A stretch of DNA of 44,813 nucleotides from Candidatus Fimenecus sp. (lineage in GTDB: Bacteria > Bacillota > Clostridia > Oscillospirales > Acutalibacteraceae), in the NCBI GenBank assembly GCA_045534995.1, contig JAZSKT010000133.1:1-44813 (forward strand). The letters run 5' to 3'. Shown piece after piece: positions 25,354 through 33,411 of the stretch. Numbering within the stretch: the first letter of the stretch is position 1; each line of letters starts with the position of its first letter. Below the pieces are notes generated by a model. It was not told the origin of the DNA, did not search any database, and saw nothing but the letters and a program-made list of their open reading frames with translations. The translations under genes and the position numbers were made by a program.

Positions 25354-25433
25354 GTAGGGGACGTCGACTCGGCGTCCCGTTTTTAATTTATATTAATCAT
25401 TGGGCTCGGGTTGCCGAGGTCGTTAGCCTCTAC
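25354..25433. repeat. Double-hairpin inverted-repeat element, copy A (REP/MITE-like)
   Basis: GTAGGGGACGTCGACTCGGCGTCCCG - 22-nt AT-rich spacer - GGGCTCGGGTTGCCGAGGTCGTTAGCCTCTAC. The left arm is 25/26 identical to copy B at 41707. The termini are inverted (GTAGGGG / CCxCTAC). Confidence 0.7.
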
Positions 25434-25453
25434 ATTTTCCATATAGGTTGTTT

Positions 25454-26725
25454 TTATATTTTCTTTGTCAGTTTTCCGCAAATAACACCAAATTTATTGC
25501 TGTAGAATTTTCTTTTCTTTTTCTGTTCTTCAGTAAGTTTTTCCTCAATAATCGGTTTTTTAAGGCTTTCCATATTGCCGTCGTCACAGATGAACGCCTG
25601 AGTCAGACAGATACCGCCTGTACCTTTAAGCTGTGCACGGACATAGCAGGAAATCTTATCAGCATGTTCACCGAGAGTGATAGTTGATGTGATTTCGCCG
25701 TCTTTTTCAATGGTAGTTGTTTTGATTGTTTCACCGTCGGCAATCCAATCGATTTCCTTGCAATTAATACCTTTGATTGTAATTGTATTAGCATCGTCAT
25801 CAACGTCAATTCCAACAACACGAGGACAAGGGCCAACGCCCACAAAATCTTCGCCCAACTCGTTTTTAGCATAACGGGCAATTGAGAAAAATGTGCCTGT
25901 TTCCATAGCATTACGGAGAGTCTGGAGTGAATATTCAGGGAGAATAAAGTCCATAAATGCTGTGTCAATCTGGTCAACCTGATGTGCATCGCTGTTTGAA
26001 AAACCGAAAACCTTGCGTCCGTGAGGAGTGAGAAGTTTTAAAAGTTCATCCCAGAGAATTCGGTCACTGCGGTTTGGAATATCGTACATATTAAGAACTT
26101 CAATACCCATACATGAGGGGTATTTTTTAAGAAGATTAGCAAAGAAATGAATGTTCTTTTCTTCCTTTGCACAGTCGGGATTTTTCTTCGCTTGTAACAA
26201 ATCGGTCGGGTGATTGATATGAGAGATGCCGCCGCTTTTTTCAATTAAACCCATTGGAATTTCATAGTCAAATTCAACACCTTGAATACCCTCATAGGCA
26301 TTATCGGTGAAATATCCGTTAACATGGTTTTTCATAATGGTAAACATATTGCATTCAATAGCATCAGGCACATCCTCAAGACCACGCTTTTTAGTTCTTA
26401 AGTTGTTTTCAGTTTTGTATGTACCGTTTTTTATTGCCTTGTACTGTTCTTCTGTAAGATAACTGCGTTTACCGTGCCAGAGATATTGGAAATTGAAAAA
26501 AGGAATGTGTGTAGGCTTTTCATTCCAACGCTTACCTAAAATTCCGTGTTCAGCAAAAGCGACGATGTCAAAATCGTTGTCATAAAAGCCTTTAATCATA
26601 TCTGTCATAGTGTCGTTTGCATCACTATATGTTGAATGAGTGTGCAAATTGGTTTTGTAGTGATTTTCCATATCACCTAAAAGGTTCATGACACCTTCGT
26701 AAGGATTTTTGATTGTATAACTCAT
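25454..26725 (-). CDS. PHP-domain metal-dependent phosphoesterase family protein
   Basis: NLHTHSTYSDA is PHP motif I, followed by AFAEHG, SHINHP and NSDAH histidine/aspartate motifs. A ~110-aa beta-rich C-terminal extension and a basic tail follow. Confidence 0.85.
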   Translation of the reverse strand: MSYTIKNPYEGVMNLLGDMENHYKTNLHTHSTYSDANDTMTDMIKGFYDNDFDIVAFAEHGILGKRWNEKPTHIPFFNFQYLWHGKRSYLTEEQYKAIKNGTYKTENNLRTKKRGLEDVPDAIECNMFTIMKNHVNGYFTDNAYEGIQGVEFDYEIPMGLIEKSGGISHINHPTDLLQAKKNPDCAKEEKNIHFFANLLKKYPSCMGIEVLNMYDIPNRSDRILWDELLKLLTPHGRKVFGFSNSDAHQVDQIDTAFMDFILPEYSLQTLRNAMETGTFFSIARYAKNELGEDFVGVGPCPRVVGIDVDDDANTITIKGINCKEIDWIADGETIKTTTIEKDGEITSTITLGEHADKISCYVRAQLKGTGGICLTQAFICDDGNMESLKKPIIEEKLTEEQKKKRKFYSNKFGVICGKLTKKI

Positions 26726-26916
26726 AAAATCATTCCATTCTATTATAATGTATATATTTTACTATAATAAACATTGTGTTGTCAAATCAAATGATTTATG
26801 ATAATGTTGTAACTTGTAAATTATAATTTGACGGAAGGGGGGCAATCATTTCGACAAACTCCAATTTGTGTATTAAACTAATAACGGTGGGAACTTGACC
26901 CTATTGAAAAGTCACA

Positions 26917-26982
26917 GTCATCCTGAGTGAAACGAAGCGTCTGTTTAAATATGACTGAGATTCTTGCGTTTCTCAGAATGAC
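26917..26982. repeat. Palindromic intergenic element (GTCATCCTGAG..GAAGCG type)
   Basis: The left arm is GTCATCCTGAGTGAAACGAAGCG. The right arm is CTTGCGTTTCTCAGAATGAC, whose reverse complement is GTCATTCTGAGAAACGCAAG. The flanking GGTGGG / CCCAC extends the pairing. Confidence 0.5.
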
Positions 26983-27097
26983 CTACCCACAATTGCATAT
27001 TAAACAGCAACAAATCGCGTACTTGTTAACACTTATCAGTACTATTGACTTTGTCATAATGCTGTGATATATTTTGATGGTACAATAAGTATAAAAA

Positions 27098-27787
27098 ATG
27101 GAAGTGGGTATGAAAATGAATGATATGAACAATAGTTATCAAAATAACCAGCAAAACAATTATGGATATGTGGGGATGGATTATCCTCAACAAAATGTTA
27201 ATCTACAAAGTGATAATCAATATCAAAATTTGTATGGTCAACAACCAGAGAAAAAGAAGAGGTTTAAATTCCCTAAAGTTGACTGGTCAAGATTTATTGG
27301 AGGAGCGATTGCACTAATATTAATAGGTGTGGGTATATCTATATTTGATAGTAACAAAGCTGATAAGCTTATTGGAACATGGGCATATACTTATGAGATA
27401 GAATTTTCGGATGGATATAGATTTGATTTAACTGAAAATCTTGTAATAACAGAGGGTCATTATGCATGGGAAATCGATGAAGAAAAAACTAAAGAAGCGA
27501 TGATGAGTATGTATGATGAAATTATTATTGATAAGGGTTTGACAGTGGATGATATTGTAGCCTCAGGTTACGAATCTGTGCAAGATATGAAAGAGAAAAT
27601 AGTCGATGAAGATTACATAGCAATAGAAGAACATATAGGTGAAGATAGTGGTACCTGGAGAATCGAAAAAGGAAAATTTATATTTATGAGAACTGGAAGT
27701 GCGCAGGAATTCACAACGGACTATGAATTGGACGGAGACACCTTGATGCTGATTCAAGATGATATTACTCTTACCAAGGTAAAATAA
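27098..27787 (+). CDS. Single-pass membrane protein with a Q/N/Y-rich N-terminus
   Basis: NNSYQNNQQNNYGYVGMDYPQQNVNLQSDNQYQNLYGQQPEKKKRF is followed by the TM segment FIGGAIALILIGVGISIF and then a ~140-aa extracytoplasmic domain. The start is ambiguous among ATG 27098, 27110 and 27116. Confidence 0.7.
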   Translation: MEVGMKMNDMNNSYQNNQQNNYGYVGMDYPQQNVNLQSDNQYQNLYGQQPEKKKRFKFPKVDWSRFIGGAIALILIGVGISIFDSNKADKLIGTWAYTYEIEFSDGYRFDLTENLVITEGHYAWEIDEEKTKEAMMSMYDEIIIDKGLTVDDIVASGYESVQDMKEKIVDEDYIAIEEHIGEDSGTWRIEKGKFIFMRTGSAQEFTTDYELDGDTLMLIQDDITLTKVK

Positions 27788-27800
27788 TTTCAAAAAACTG

Positions 27801-27828
27801 TTGACATCACAAAAATTTGTGTTATAAT
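27801..27828 (+). promoter_or_regulatory. Sigma-A promoter of the infC-rpmI-rplT operon
   Basis: TTGACA (27801-27806), a 16-bp spacer, then TGTTATAAT (extended -10; TATAAT at 27823-27828). Confidence 0.7.
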
Positions 27829-27987
27829 AACAGAGCAAAATAAAGCAGAGCAGTAATTTTGTTCTCACCTGACCGACTTTCAGTTGGCTGGTCAATACTT
27901 TTTAAAAAGTTTGATTTGTAATGGTGCGGGCAGAATTTCTGTCCGCATTTTTAATTTCGCCCACAGGGCATGGAGAGGTGTTTATTT
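27829..27987 (+). promoter_or_regulatory. infC leader with an intrinsic attenuator (L20-leader-like)
   Basis: The ~160-nt untranslated leader contains the hairpin CCTGACCGAC..GTTGGCTGGTCAA and a terminator, GCGGGCAG-AATTT-CTGTCCGC + ATTTTTAATTT, at 27926-27957, upstream of the infC RBS. This position and architecture match the Firmicute L20-responsive leader. Confidence 0.6.
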
Positions 27988-28506
27988 ATCAGTACCAAAG
28001 AATTGCAAATCAATGAAGAAATTCGCGACAAGGAAGTCAGAGTTATTACTGACAATGGTGAACAGCTTGGCATTATGTCCAGTAAAGATGCTGTTAAAGA
28101 AGCTGAAAAGCGTAGCCTTGACCTTGTAAAAATTGCCCCTAACGCACAGCCACCGGTTTGTAAGATTATGGACTACGGCAAGTATCGTTTTGATAAGGCA
28201 AAAAAAGAAAAGGAAGCAAAGAAAAACCAGAAAGTTATTGAAACAAAGGAAATCAGACTTTCTGTCAACATTGATACTCATGACTTTGATACAAAGGTAA
28301 ATCACGCCCTTAAGTTCCTGAAATCAGGCAACAAAGTTAAAGTTTCAATCCGTTTCAGAGGTCGTGAAATGGCTCACGCACATTTGGGTAACGGAATTAT
28401 GGAACGTTTCGCAGTTGCTGTTGAGGAATTTGGTACAGTTGACAAACCTGCAAAGCTTGAAGGTCGTCAAATGCTTATGTTCCTCTCACCAAAGGGTTCG
28501 AAATAA
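27988..28506 (+). CDS. infC: Translation initiation factor IF-3
   Basis: ISTKELQINEEIRDKEVRVITDNGEQLGIM...PPVCKIMDYGKYRFD... matches IF-3. I chose the ATC start at 27988 because GGAGAGGTG lies 7 nt upstream, whereas the upstream ATG 27970 overlaps the RBS itself. Confidence 0.9.
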   Translation: MSTKELQINEEIRDKEVRVITDNGEQLGIMSSKDAVKEAEKRSLDLVKIAPNAQPPVCKIMDYGKYRFDKAKKEKEAKKNQKVIETKEIRLSVNIDTHDFDTKVNHALKFLKSGNKVKVSIRFRGREMAHAHLGNGIMERFAVAVEEFGTVDKPAKLEGRQMLMFLSPKGSK

Positions 28507-28536
28507 GGTAGTATATTATATTAGGAGGATATTATT

Positions 28537-28734
28537 ATGCCGAAAATTAAAACACATAGCGGAGCAAAGAAAAGATTTAAGCTTTCAAAGAATGGCAAGC
28601 CAATCAGAGCACACGCTAACAAGTCTCACATCTTAACAAAGAAGAGCACAAAGAGAAAAAGAGGCCTTCGTCAGACAGCTGTTGCTGATAAGACAAATAC
28701 AGCTCAGATTAAGCGTCTTATTCCTTATAAATAA
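28537..28734 (+). CDS. rpmI: 50S ribosomal protein L35
   Basis: [21 protein letters not shown]..., 65 aa. RBS AGGAGG is upstream. Confidence 0.95.
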   Translation: MPKIKTHSGAKKRFKLSKNGKPIRAHANKSHILTKKSTKRKRGLRQTAVADKTNTAQIKRLIPYK

Positions 28735-28854
28735 GAACCCGACCCGTCAACGCATTGAGATGCGGACGGGTACCCCGGAACCTTGTTGTTTCACAACAAT
28801 AATCGAAGCGTGAAAAACGCATAAACGTATCTATTCAATCGGAGGTAAAGAGAA

Positions 28855-29211
28855 ATGGCACGTGTTAAAGGTGCGATGATGACTCGCAAAAGAAGAAATA
28901 AAGTATTAAAGCTCGCTAAGGGCTACTATGGTTCAAAGAGCAAACTTTTCAGAACTGCTAAGCAGGCTGTTATGAAGAGTGGTAACTATGCTTATATCGG
29001 CAGAAAGCAGAAGAAACGTGATTTCAGAAAGCTCTGGATTACAAGAATTTCAGCTGCTTGCAAGATGAACGGTATGAATTATTCAACATTCATCAACGGT
29101 CTTAAAAAAGCTGGTATTGACCTTAACAGAAAGATGCTTTCAGAGATTGCAATTGCAGACCCTGCAGCATTTACAGCACTTACAGAAAAAGCAAAAGAAG
29201 CTCTTAAATAA
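28855..29211 (+). CDS. rplT: 50S ribosomal protein L20
   Basis: [39 protein letters not shown]..., 118 aa. Confidence 0.95.
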   Translation: MARVKGAMMTRKRRNKVLKLAKGYYGSKSKLFRTAKQAVMKSGNYAYIGRKQKKRDFRKLWITRISAACKMNGMNYSTFINGLKKAGIDLNRKMLSEIAIADPAAFTALTEKAKEALK

Positions 29212-29217
29212 GAAATT

Positions 29218-29254
29218 AACCACGCATGAGGATTTTCCTCGCGCGTGGTTTTTG
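29218..29254 (+). terminator. Rho-independent terminator of the infC operon
   Basis: AACCACGC..GAGG-ATTTT-CCTC..GCGTGGTT followed by TTTT. Confidence 0.7.
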
Positions 29255-29267
29255 CGTTTTATAAATT

Positions 29268-30050
29268 ATGTTTGATATTGTAATAAATGCTAAGAATAAC
29301 CCGAAAATTAAAGAAGTAAAGTCACTTCTGACTTCCTCAAAGAACAGAAAAAACAGCGGACTTTTCGTAGTGGAAGGTGTCCGCCTTTGTTGTGATGCCC
29401 TTTTTAGCGGATGCCAGATTGAAAGTGTTTTTTGTACTGAAAACTGTGCTGAAAAATATGGTGACGAGATAGCATCTCTGCGTAATGGTTGTAGGTCATT
29501 TTATACTGTCAGCAATGATGTTTTGAAATCCATAAGCGATACAGTTACACCACAGGGTGTTGTGTGTACGGTAAAAATGAAACAGAATAGTTTTGAGTAT
29601 GAAAAAGGCAAGAAGTATATTGCTCTTGACACCATTCAGAATCCTGATAATTTAGGTGCAATTTCCCGTACTGCAGAAGCATTGGGTCTTGACGGAATGG
29701 TGATTTACGGCGGTTGCGATATTTATAATCCAAAAGCTTTAAGAGCATCAATGGGCGCTCTTTTCAGACTTCCTGTATGTATTTGTCAGGACTTGGAGAA
29801 TGAAATCGAAAAATGCAAAAATTTAGGGATTGATGTTTTTGCAACTGTCCCTGACAGAGATGCAAAAAATGTGATAACCGTTGATTTTTCAAAAGGTGCT
29901 GTGTGTATAATCGGCAACGAGGGTAACGGCGTTTCAAAGGAAATCATTGAAAAATGCAGCGACAGAATCACGATTAAAATGGATGGCAGAGCAGAGTCTT
30001 TGAATGCTGCTGCGGCTGCGTCTATAATTATGTGGGAAATGACAAGATGA
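29268..30050 (+). CDS. TrmH/SpoU-family RNA 2'-O-methyltransferase
   Basis: SpoU motifs are present: ALDTIQNPDNLGAISRTAEALG, IGNEGNGVS and ESLNAAAAASIIMWE. Confidence 0.85.
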   Translation: MFDIVINAKNNPKIKEVKSLLTSSKNRKNSGLFVVEGVRLCCDALFSGCQIESVFCTENCAEKYGDEIASLRNGCRSFYTVSNDVLKSISDTVTPQGVVCTVKMKQNSFEYEKGKKYIALDTIQNPDNLGAISRTAEALGLDGMVIYGGCDIYNPKALRASMGALFRLPVCICQDLENEIEKCKNLGIDVFATVPDRDAKNVITVDFSKGAVCIIGNEGNGVSKEIIEKCSDRITIKMDGRAESLNAAAAASIIMWEMTR

Positions 30051-31267
30051 ACTATGATGTGTATTGGATATGGATGTCCTGCGGTTTAGGTGCAGGTGCA
30101 TCCTGTCTTGATTTAATTTCATATTATGAGTGGAACCCCTATGAGATATATGCCTCAAGTTTTAATGAGGTTTTCTCTCTTGATGTACTAACAAGGCGTC
30201 AGGTAGAAAAACTCAAGAGTTTTCCTCTTGAGGAGGCACAAAAAATATATGGCACGGTTAAGGAAAATGGTTGGAAAATTATTACACCATCAAGTGAATA
30301 TTATCCGTCACAGTTGTTACACCTTCAAAATCTGCCTTTAGTGTTGTATGTTGAGGGTGATGAAACTGCCCTGACAAATGAGCTGATGATTTCAGTTGTA
30401 GGTGCAAGAAAAGCATCGGATTACGGTAATTCTGTTGCGAGGGCTTTATCTTCGGCTATGGCTCATATTGGTTTTACCATTGTTTCAGGCGGTGCATTGG
30501 GAATTGACAGTTCGGCACATAAAGGCGCTCTTGACGAAAAAGGTAAGACCATTTGTGTATTAGGTTGCGGTTTAGGTGCAAAATACCTTATGGAAAACAA
30601 GCCTTTAAGAGATGAAATCGTGAAAAATGGTGCGTTGATAACGGAATTTCCTCCGTATTATCCTGCAAGTCGTATGACATTCCCACTGCGTAATCGTATT
30701 ATTTCGGGAATTAGTCTTGGAACAGTCGTTGTTGAAGCCGGTGAGAGAAGCGGTTCTCTTATAACCGCAAGACTTGCTCTTGAACAGGGAAAAGATGTTT
30801 TTGCAGTTCCAGGAGATTTGGTGAGTTCCTCATTTCTTGGTACTAATAACCTTATCCGCAACGGTGCAACTCCTGTTTTTTCACCAAATGATATTCTCGA
30901 ATCGTATCACGCAAGATATTTCGATAAACTTGGTAAGAAAGAGCGTTTTCCAGATGATGAGATAATCAGACGCACACAGAAATATCTTATGGAAAAAGAA
31001 AATCAGCCTGTTGCAGTAAAAGAACAGGAAAAGACTGAAATAAAGGCAGAGAAAATTAAAAAAGAGGCTCCGGCCTACTTGACAGAGAATGCTAAAAAGG
31101 TCTATGGTTTTTTAGGCGAAGACCCAAAGCATATTGATGAAATAATCGGTTGTTGCGGATTGACAACTGAAAAAACACTCTCTGCAATAACAGAACTTGA
31201 AATTTATGGTCTTGTCACTCAATTAAGCGGCAGACGATATAGAATAAATACAGAATATACAGATTAA
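30047..31267 (+). CDS. dprA: DNA-processing protein DprA (Smf)
   Basis: ISVVGARKASDYG, SGGALGIDSSAHKGAL, FPLRNRIISGIS and GSLITARLALEQGKDVFAVPG are present. ATG 30047 overlaps the trmH stop (ATGA); ATG 30032 is an alternative. Confidence 0.9.
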   Translation: MNYDVYWIWMSCGLGAGASCLDLISYYEWNPYEIYASSFNEVFSLDVLTRRQVEKLKSFPLEEAQKIYGTVKENGWKIITPSSEYYPSQLLHLQNLPLVLYVEGDETALTNELMISVVGARKASDYGNSVARALSSAMAHIGFTIVSGGALGIDSSAHKGALDEKGKTICVLGCGLGAKYLMENKPLRDEIVKNGALITEFPPYYPASRMTFPLRNRIISGISLGTVVVEAGERSGSLITARLALEQGKDVFAVPGDLVSSSFLGTNNLIRNGATPVFSPNDILESYHARYFDKLGKKERFPDDEIIRRTQKYLMEKENQPVAVKEQEKTEIKAEKIKKEAPAYLTENAKKVYGFLGEDPKHIDEIIGCCGLTTEKTLSAITELEIYGLVTQLSGRRYRINTEYTD

Positions 31268-31284
31268 TTTTAGGATGATGATAT

Positions 31285-33411
31285 ATGTCAAAACTTGTAA
31301 TTGTTGAGTCGCCTTCAAAGGCAAAGAGTATTCAGAAATATTTGGGAAAGGATTACACGGTTGTGTCCTCAAAAGGTCATATCCGTGACTTGCCTGCTGC
31401 GAAATTAAGCGTTGATATTAAGAATGATTTTGCACCTAAATATGCTGTAATCAAAGGAAAAGAAAAACTTGTCAAGGAACTTAAGGAGCTTGCAGAAACT
31501 GCCGAAGCAGTTATTCTCGCAGCCGACCCTGACCGTGAGGGAGAGGCAATTTCTTGGCATCTTGCAACACTTCTTGACCTTGATATGAATGATAATAACC
31601 GTGTTAAATTCAACGAAATCAATAAATCGAGTGTTGTAAAGGGAATTGAACACCCTGAAAAAATCGACTTAGATTTGGTTAATGCACAGCAGGCGCGTCG
31701 AATTCTCGACAGACTTGTGGGTTACACATTAAGTCCGTTTATCTCACAGAAAATTCGTCGCGGTCTTTCTGCAGGTCGTGTTCAGTCTGTTGCGGTAAGA
31801 CTTGTTGTTGACCGTGAAAATGAAATCAGAGCATTTAATCCTGAAGAATATTGGACTCTCGATGCAAAAATGCTTGCTCCTTCATCAAAAAAGGCTTTCA
31901 AAGCACAGTTTACAGGTGATGAAACAGGCAAGGTTAAAATCACAAATAAAGAGCAGAGTGATATGTATTTAGCGCGCCTTGAGGGGGCTGAATATACTGC
32001 AACATCAGTTAAAAAAGGTGTTCGTCGTCGTCAGCCTGCTCCACCATTTACAACATCTACAATGCAACAGGAAGCATCAAGAAAACTTAATTTCCAGGCA
32101 CGAAAGACAATGAAAGTTGCCCAGGAACTTTACGAAGGTGTTGAAGTTAAGGGCTTTGGTTCTGTCGGTCTTATCACATATATGAGAACTGACTCGCTTC
32201 GTATTTCAGAGGAATCAAGAGCTGCTGCAAATGAATATATCAGAAACACTTTCGGTGAAGAATATCTTCCTGAAAAACCAAGATATTTCAAGACAAAGGC
32301 AAATGCTCAGGACGGTCACGAAGCAATTCGTCCTACAATGATGGCAATTACTCCTGAACAAGCAAAGTCAAGTCTTACAACTGACCAATATAAATTATAT
32401 AACCTTATCTGGAAACGTTTTGTGGCATCTCTTATGGCAAACTGTGTTCAGGATACTGTTAAGGCAGAAATTACAGGTGCAAATGAACAGGATAAGGCAA
32501 ACGGTAAGTTCATAACATTTAATGCAAACGGCTATTCAGTACGATTTGATGGGTTTACTTGTCTTTATGAAACAGGCACAGACGAGGATGAGGAAGAAGA
32601 AGGAAAACTTCCGAAAATCAACGAGGGCGATGTTATAAAGATGAAAGAACTTGCAGGAAATCAGCACTTTACACAGCCACCTGCAAGATATACAGAAGCA
32701 TCTCTTATCAAGGCGCTTGAAGAAACAGGTGTTGGTCGTCCGTCAACTTATGCTTCAATTATTTCAACAATTACTCAGCGTGAATATGTAATCCGTGAGC
32801 AGAAACAGTTAAAGCCAACTGAGTTAGGTGAGGCTATTACAACACTTCTTAAGGACAAATTCTCAAAGATTGTAAATGTAAAGTTTACAGCAGGAATGGA
32901 ATCACAGCTTGATATGGTTGAAAGCGGTGAAACTGACTATATTAAAATGCTTCACGAATTCTATGATGAATTCATCGCAACTGTTGATAAGGCAAAGGCA
33001 GAAATGCAGGGACAGAAGATTAAACTCAAGGAAGACGAAACTGATGTGAAATGCGACAAATGTGGCAGAAATATGGTTATCAAGTCAGGTCGTTTCGGTA
33101 AATTCCTTGCTTGTCCCGGATACCCTGAATGTAAAAATACAAAGCCTTTAGTTGTTGAGACAAAAGCAACCTGTCCTGTTTGTGGCGGTAAGGTTATTGA
33201 GAAAAAGTCAAAGAGAGGCTATGCTTTCTTTGGTTGCGGAAACTATCCTGAATGTAACTTTATGACTTGGGATAAGCCAACAGATGACCTTTGTCCTCAG
33301 TGTGGCAAATCACTTTTCAAGAGAAAAGGCGGAATTGTAGCTTGTCTTAACGAGGGTTGCGGTTTTGAGAAAAAAGCAGAGAGAAAAAGAAAGACAAAGG
33401 AAGAAGCATAA
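31285..33411 (+). CDS. topA: DNA topoisomerase I
   Basis: The Toprim N-terminus is KLVIVESPSKAKSIQKYLG. The active-site region is GLITYMRTDS, and C-terminal C4 zinc ribbons are present. Confidence 0.95.
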   Translation: MSKLVIVESPSKAKSIQKYLGKDYTVVSSKGHIRDLPAAKLSVDIKNDFAPKYAVIKGKEKLVKELKELAETAEAVILAADPDREGEAISWHLATLLDLDMNDNNRVKFNEINKSSVVKGIEHPEKIDLDLVNAQQARRILDRLVGYTLSPFISQKIRRGLSAGRVQSVAVRLVVDRENEIRAFNPEEYWTLDAKMLAPSSKKAFKAQFTGDETGKVKITNKEQSDMYLARLEGAEYTATSVKKGVRRRQPAPPFTTSTMQQEASRKLNFQARKTMKVAQELYEGVEVKGFGSVGLITYMRTDSLRISEESRAAANEYIRNTFGEEYLPEKPRYFKTKANAQDGHEAIRPTMMAITPEQAKSSLTTDQYKLYNLIWKRFVASLMANCVQDTVKAEITGANEQDKANGKFITFNANGYSVRFDGFTCLYETGTDEDEEEEGKLPKINEGDVIKMKELAGNQHFTQPPARYTEASLIKALEETGVGRPSTYASIISTITQREYVIREQKQLKPTELGEAITTLLKDKFSKIVNVKFTAGMESQLDMVESGETDYIKMLHEFYDEFIATVDKAKAEMQGQKIKLKEDETDVKCDKCGRNMVIKSGRFGKFLACPGYPECKNTKPLVVETKATCPVCGGKVIEKKSKRGYAFFGCGNYPECNFMTWDKPTDDLCPQCGKSLFKRKGGIVACLNEGCGFEKKAERKRKTKEEA

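Noticed and set aside
27884-28129. 81-aa ORF overlapping the infC leader and start
   Set aside because: It runs through the leader terminator hairpin and into infC in another frame, and it has no RBS.
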